From positions 14,440-78,439 of IMG/VR virus record IMGVR_UViG_651053022_000004: DNA of 64,000 bases. One strand, 5' to 3'. The DNA comes from a virus. Its lineage: Duplodnaviria > Heunggongvirae > Uroviricota > Caudoviricetes. The translations under genes were made by a program, and so were the position numbers. Position 1 is the stretch's first letter, and each line of letters begins with the position of its first letter. Of this stretch, positions 61,149 to 64,000 are shown piece by piece. The notes below the pieces were generated by a model that made no database searches, was not told the DNA's origin, and saw only the letters and a list, made by a program, of their open reading frames with translations.

Positions 61149-63419
61149 ATGGCAGTACAGATTTCAGGTGTGCTGAAAGACGGTGCAGGAAAACCGATAC
61201 AGAACTGCACCATTCAGCTCAAAGCAAAACGTAACAGCACCACAGTTGTGGTGAACACGGTGGCCTCAGAAAATCCGGATGAAGCCGGACGTTACAGCAT
61301 GGATGTCACCGTGTATGAGGATTCTAAGCCGGGGACATTGAATGATTTTCTGGGCGCTGCAACAGAAGATGATGTTTGTCCGGAGGCACTGTATCGTTTT
61401 GAAAAGATGGTGGAAGAGGCGGCACGCAACGCTGAAGCCGCCTCTCAGAGCGCAGCGGCGGCAAAGAAATCCGAAACTGCAGCGGCATCATCGAAGAACG
61501 CGGCGAAAACCTCAGAAACGAATGCAGCTAACAGCGCACAGGCGGCAGCGACCTCAAAGACTGCATCGGCAAACTCCGCGACAGCAGCCAAAAAATCAGA
61601 AACCAACGCGAAAAATAGCGAGACAGCCGCAAAGACGAGCGAAACCAACGCAAAGTCCAGCCAGACGGCAGCGAAAACCAGCGAAACGAATGCCAAAGCC
61701 AGTGAAACTGCGGCAAAAAACAGCCAGGTTGCAGCAGCCCAAAGCGAGAGCGCGGCAGCCGGTTCTGCGACTTCAGCAGCTGGATCAGCAACTGCTGCGG
61801 CTAACAGCCGGAAAGCTGCGAAGACGAGTGAAACTAACGCAAAGTCCAGCCAGACGGCAGCGAAGACCAGCGAAACGAATGCCAAAGCCAGCGAAACTGC
61901 GGCGAAAAACAGTCAGGATGCAGCAGCCCAAAGCGAGAGTGCTGCAGCTGGTTCTGCAAGCGCGGCGGCTGCTTCTGCCACTGCATCAGCCAACAGTCAA
62001 AAAGCAGCAAAAACCAGTGAAACCAATGCAAAGACAAGCGAGACTGCAGCGGCGAACTCGGCGAAAGCATCCGCTGCAAGCCAGACCGCTGCAAAAGCAA
62101 GTGAAGACGCAGCCAGAGAGTATGCAAGCCAGGCAGCAGATCCGTATAAATATGTCTTACAGCCGCTGCCTGATGTGTGGATACCGTTTAACGATTCACT
62201 GGATATGATTACGGGTTTTTCGCCATCTTATAAAAAGATAGTTATTGGTGACGATGAAATAACAATGCCAGGCGACAAGATTGTTAAGTTTAAACGTGCT
62301 TCAACAGCAACGTATATTAATAAGTCCGGCCAACTCAAGCTTGCTGAAGTTGACGAACCGCGATTTGAGCGCGATGGCTTATTGATTGAAGGACAGAGGA
62401 CAAATTATCTGAGGAACTCAAATAAACCAGACTCATGGACTGTTCATTCCGCACTGAATAAAACATTTGGCACTGATAAACAGGGGTTCAATTATGCCAC
62501 GGTGACACCCACGGAAAGTATAGTGGGAACAACAGGTGGCTATACTGTGCATGGTGTGGTTGCAGCAGACAGATTCCCGCTGGCAAGTGGTGAATGTTTC
62601 ACTTTTTCGTGCCGGGTTAAAGGCGCTAAAGCACGATGCAGGTTAAGAGTTTCAGTTATTATTGGTGGAACAGATACCTTCTCTGCTGACTCTTATCTTG
62701 ATCTGGATACCCGGATCGCAACAGTAAGCGGTAATACATCCCTTATAACAGCCAAAGCTGAACAACAGGGCGAGTGGACCTACTATGAGGCCACTTATAC
62801 AGCTAATACGGACATTGATACCGTTAACTGTGCTTTTTATATGACAAATAAAATAAGTAATGAGACATTCTATGATGACTCAACATTAACCATGACGACG
62901 CCGCAAATTGAACTGGGCAATACGGCATCGTCATTTATTGTAACTACAATGCCAACAACACGCGCAAGTGATGTAGTTACTATCCCATCGCAGAATAACC
63001 TGTCAACACGGCCTTTTACGGTATTGTGCGAAGTAAGCAGGAACTGGAGTACACCGCCCAATGTTGCGCCAAGGATATTTGATGTTGGAGGGCACAGTAT
63101 TGATGATAATTATTTATCGCTGGGGTTTGTTGCAACAGGAAAGATAAGCGCCAACGTAGGAATGGTTCAGCCACAAATTGCCTCAGATGGAGAAAGGTTC
63201 ATTGTGGGTGTGAGAGCTAAATCTGATTTATCAGTAAATGCAATATGCAATGGTAATTATACAACAAACCTTAATGGTAAAATATTTGGAGTTACAGCAA
63301 CATCGTACCGGTTTGGTGGGCAGACCGCAGCAGGAACGCGTCATTTGTTTGGACACATCAGAAATTTCAGAGTCTGGTTTAAAGAATTAAATGACAGGCA
63401 AATCAAGGAGGCAGTATGA
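61149..63419 (+). CDS. stf: side tail fiber protein with Ala/Ser/Thr-rich internal repeats and a distinct C-terminal domain
   Basis: ATG 61149 after GGAG; N-terminus MAVQISGVLKDGAGKPIQNCTIQLKAKRNSTTVVVNTV is lambda Stf-like; 63-aa imperfect repeat AAKTSETNAKSSQTAAKTSETNAKASETAAKNSQ x2; C-terminal ~420 aa unlike lambda Stf. Confidence 0.85.
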   Translation: MAVQISGVLKDGAGKPIQNCTIQLKAKRNSTTVVVNTVASENPDEAGRYSMDVTVYEDSKPGTLNDFLGAATEDDVCPEALYRFEKMVEEAARNAEAASQSAAAAKKSETAAASSKNAAKTSETNAANSAQAAATSKTASANSATAAKKSETNAKNSETAAKTSETNAKSSQTAAKTSETNAKASETAAKNSQVAAAQSESAAAGSATSAAGSATAAANSRKAAKTSETNAKSSQTAAKTSETNAKASETAAKNSQDAAAQSESAAAGSASAAAASATASANSQKAAKTSETNAKTSETAAANSAKASAASQTAAKASEDAAREYASQAADPYKYVLQPLPDVWIPFNDSLDMITGFSPSYKKIVIGDDEITMPGDKIVKFKRASTATYINKSGQLKLAEVDEPRFERDGLLIEGQRTNYLRNSNKPDSWTVHSALNKTFGTDKQGFNYATVTPTESIVGTTGGYTVHGVVAADRFPLASGECFTFSCRVKGAKARCRLRVSVIIGGTDTFSADSYLDLDTRIATVSGNTSLITAKAEQQGEWTYYEATYTANTDIDTVNCAFYMTNKISNETFYDDSTLTMTTPQIELGNTASSFIVTTMPTTRASDVVTIPSQNNLSTRPFTVLCEVSRNWSTPPNVAPRIFDVGGHSIDDNYLSLGFVATGKISANVGMVQPQIASDGERFIVGVRAKSDLSVNAICNGNYTTNLNGKIFGVTATSYRFGGQTAAGTRHLFGHIRNFRVWFKELNDRQIKEAV

Positions 63420-63694
63420 AAGATTTAACTTTGAAATTTCCTGGTAACAGAGAGTTTAAATCCTTCCTGTCATCTCTTGACTGGGAGGAGGATGAAGACC
63501 TCCAGAATAAACTGTTAGTCGATGAAATTGGTTTCACCTACACAGAAACAGGGGTAACAGAAGAGGGAGAACCTGTCTGTGTCCGGAATGACGGTTATTT
63601 TGTCAACATTCGCATTCTTGATGACTTGTTTGATGTTTCTGTATTCTCTGATTATGTCGTGGAGCTGGAAACACCGCTTCGGGAATGGAGCTGA
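63416..63694 (+). CDS. hypothetical acidic protein downstream of stf, in the place of tfa
   Basis: 92 aa MKDLTLKFPGNREFKSFLSSLDWEEDEDLQNKLLVDEIGF...; start overlaps the stf stop; no Tfa-like motifs. Confidence 0.4.
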   Translation: MKDLTLKFPGNREFKSFLSSLDWEEDEDLQNKLLVDEIGFTYTETGVTEEGEPVCVRNDGYFVNIRILDDLFDVSVFSDYVVELETPLREWS

Positions 63695-63706
63695 AAGGAG
63701 GAAATA

Positions 63707-64000
63707 ATGGATATAAGCCCCTTACTTCATGCACTTTGTGCTGTGGCTGCGCAAACACTGGTTGGTCTTTTTACCGGAAACTGGGCTTACGGAGCGATAG
63801 CCGGTTGTACGTTCTTCATTGCGCGTGAACATACCCAGGCAGAATATCGCTGGATTGAAATGTTCGGGCATGGCAAGCGAATGAATATGCCGTGGTGGGG
63901 CGGTTTTGATCCGCGAGCTTGGGATGTGGCAAGCCTGATGGATTTTGCTGTGCCGGTGGTGGCGTGTCTGCTGGTCTGGCTGTTGGTTAATCGTGGGTGA
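63707..64000 (+). CDS. hypothetical membrane protein
   Basis: 97 aa with two hydrophobic segments (LHALCAVAAQTLVGLF and FAVPVVACLLVWLLV); RBS AGGAGG upstream; stop at the window end. Confidence 0.4.
   Translation: MDISPLLHALCAVAAQTLVGLFTGNWAYGAIAGCTFFIAREHTQAEYRWIEMFGHGKRMNMPWWGGFDPRAWDVASLMDFAVPVVACLLVWLLVNRG

Noticed and set aside
61342-62208. 288-aa Arg/Gln-rich ORF in an alternative frame of stf
   Set aside because: Artefact of translating the Ala/Ser/Thr-rich repeat region in another frame.

Overview
This window is the late (virion) region of a lambda-like prophage in an enterobacterial genome, heavily rearranged. It opens about 1 kb upstream of a lambda-type cos site and runs through lambda-like Nu1-A-W-B-C/Nu3-D-E-FI-FII-Z-U-V-G/T-H-M-L, with products matching phage lambda proteins from memory. 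Gene K breaks off after codon ~134 (nt 15603). What follows is (i) a scrambled Qin/phage-21-type lysis cassette (pinholin, SAR endolysin, Rz/Rz1, with truncated duplicate fragments and a run of small membrane peptides), (ii) a complete second head-tail module with HK97-type head genes and lambda-type tail genes (20431-39078, J truncated), and (iii) a third, paralogous head-tail module (39545-53140) whose L and K are frameshifted. Lambda-like sequence resumes at the K C-terminus (53144), followed by I, a J gene riddled with imperfect tandem duplications, lom, an orphan J C-terminal receptor-binding cassette, and a side tail fiber gene. No integrase, transposase, tRNA, CRISPR array or recognisable defence system was found. 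The most interesting features are architectural: three co-oriented virion modules nested in one K gene, the lysis-cassette peptide array, and the duplicated/scrambled J receptor-binding region. All homology statements rest on recollection of protein families, not on a database search.
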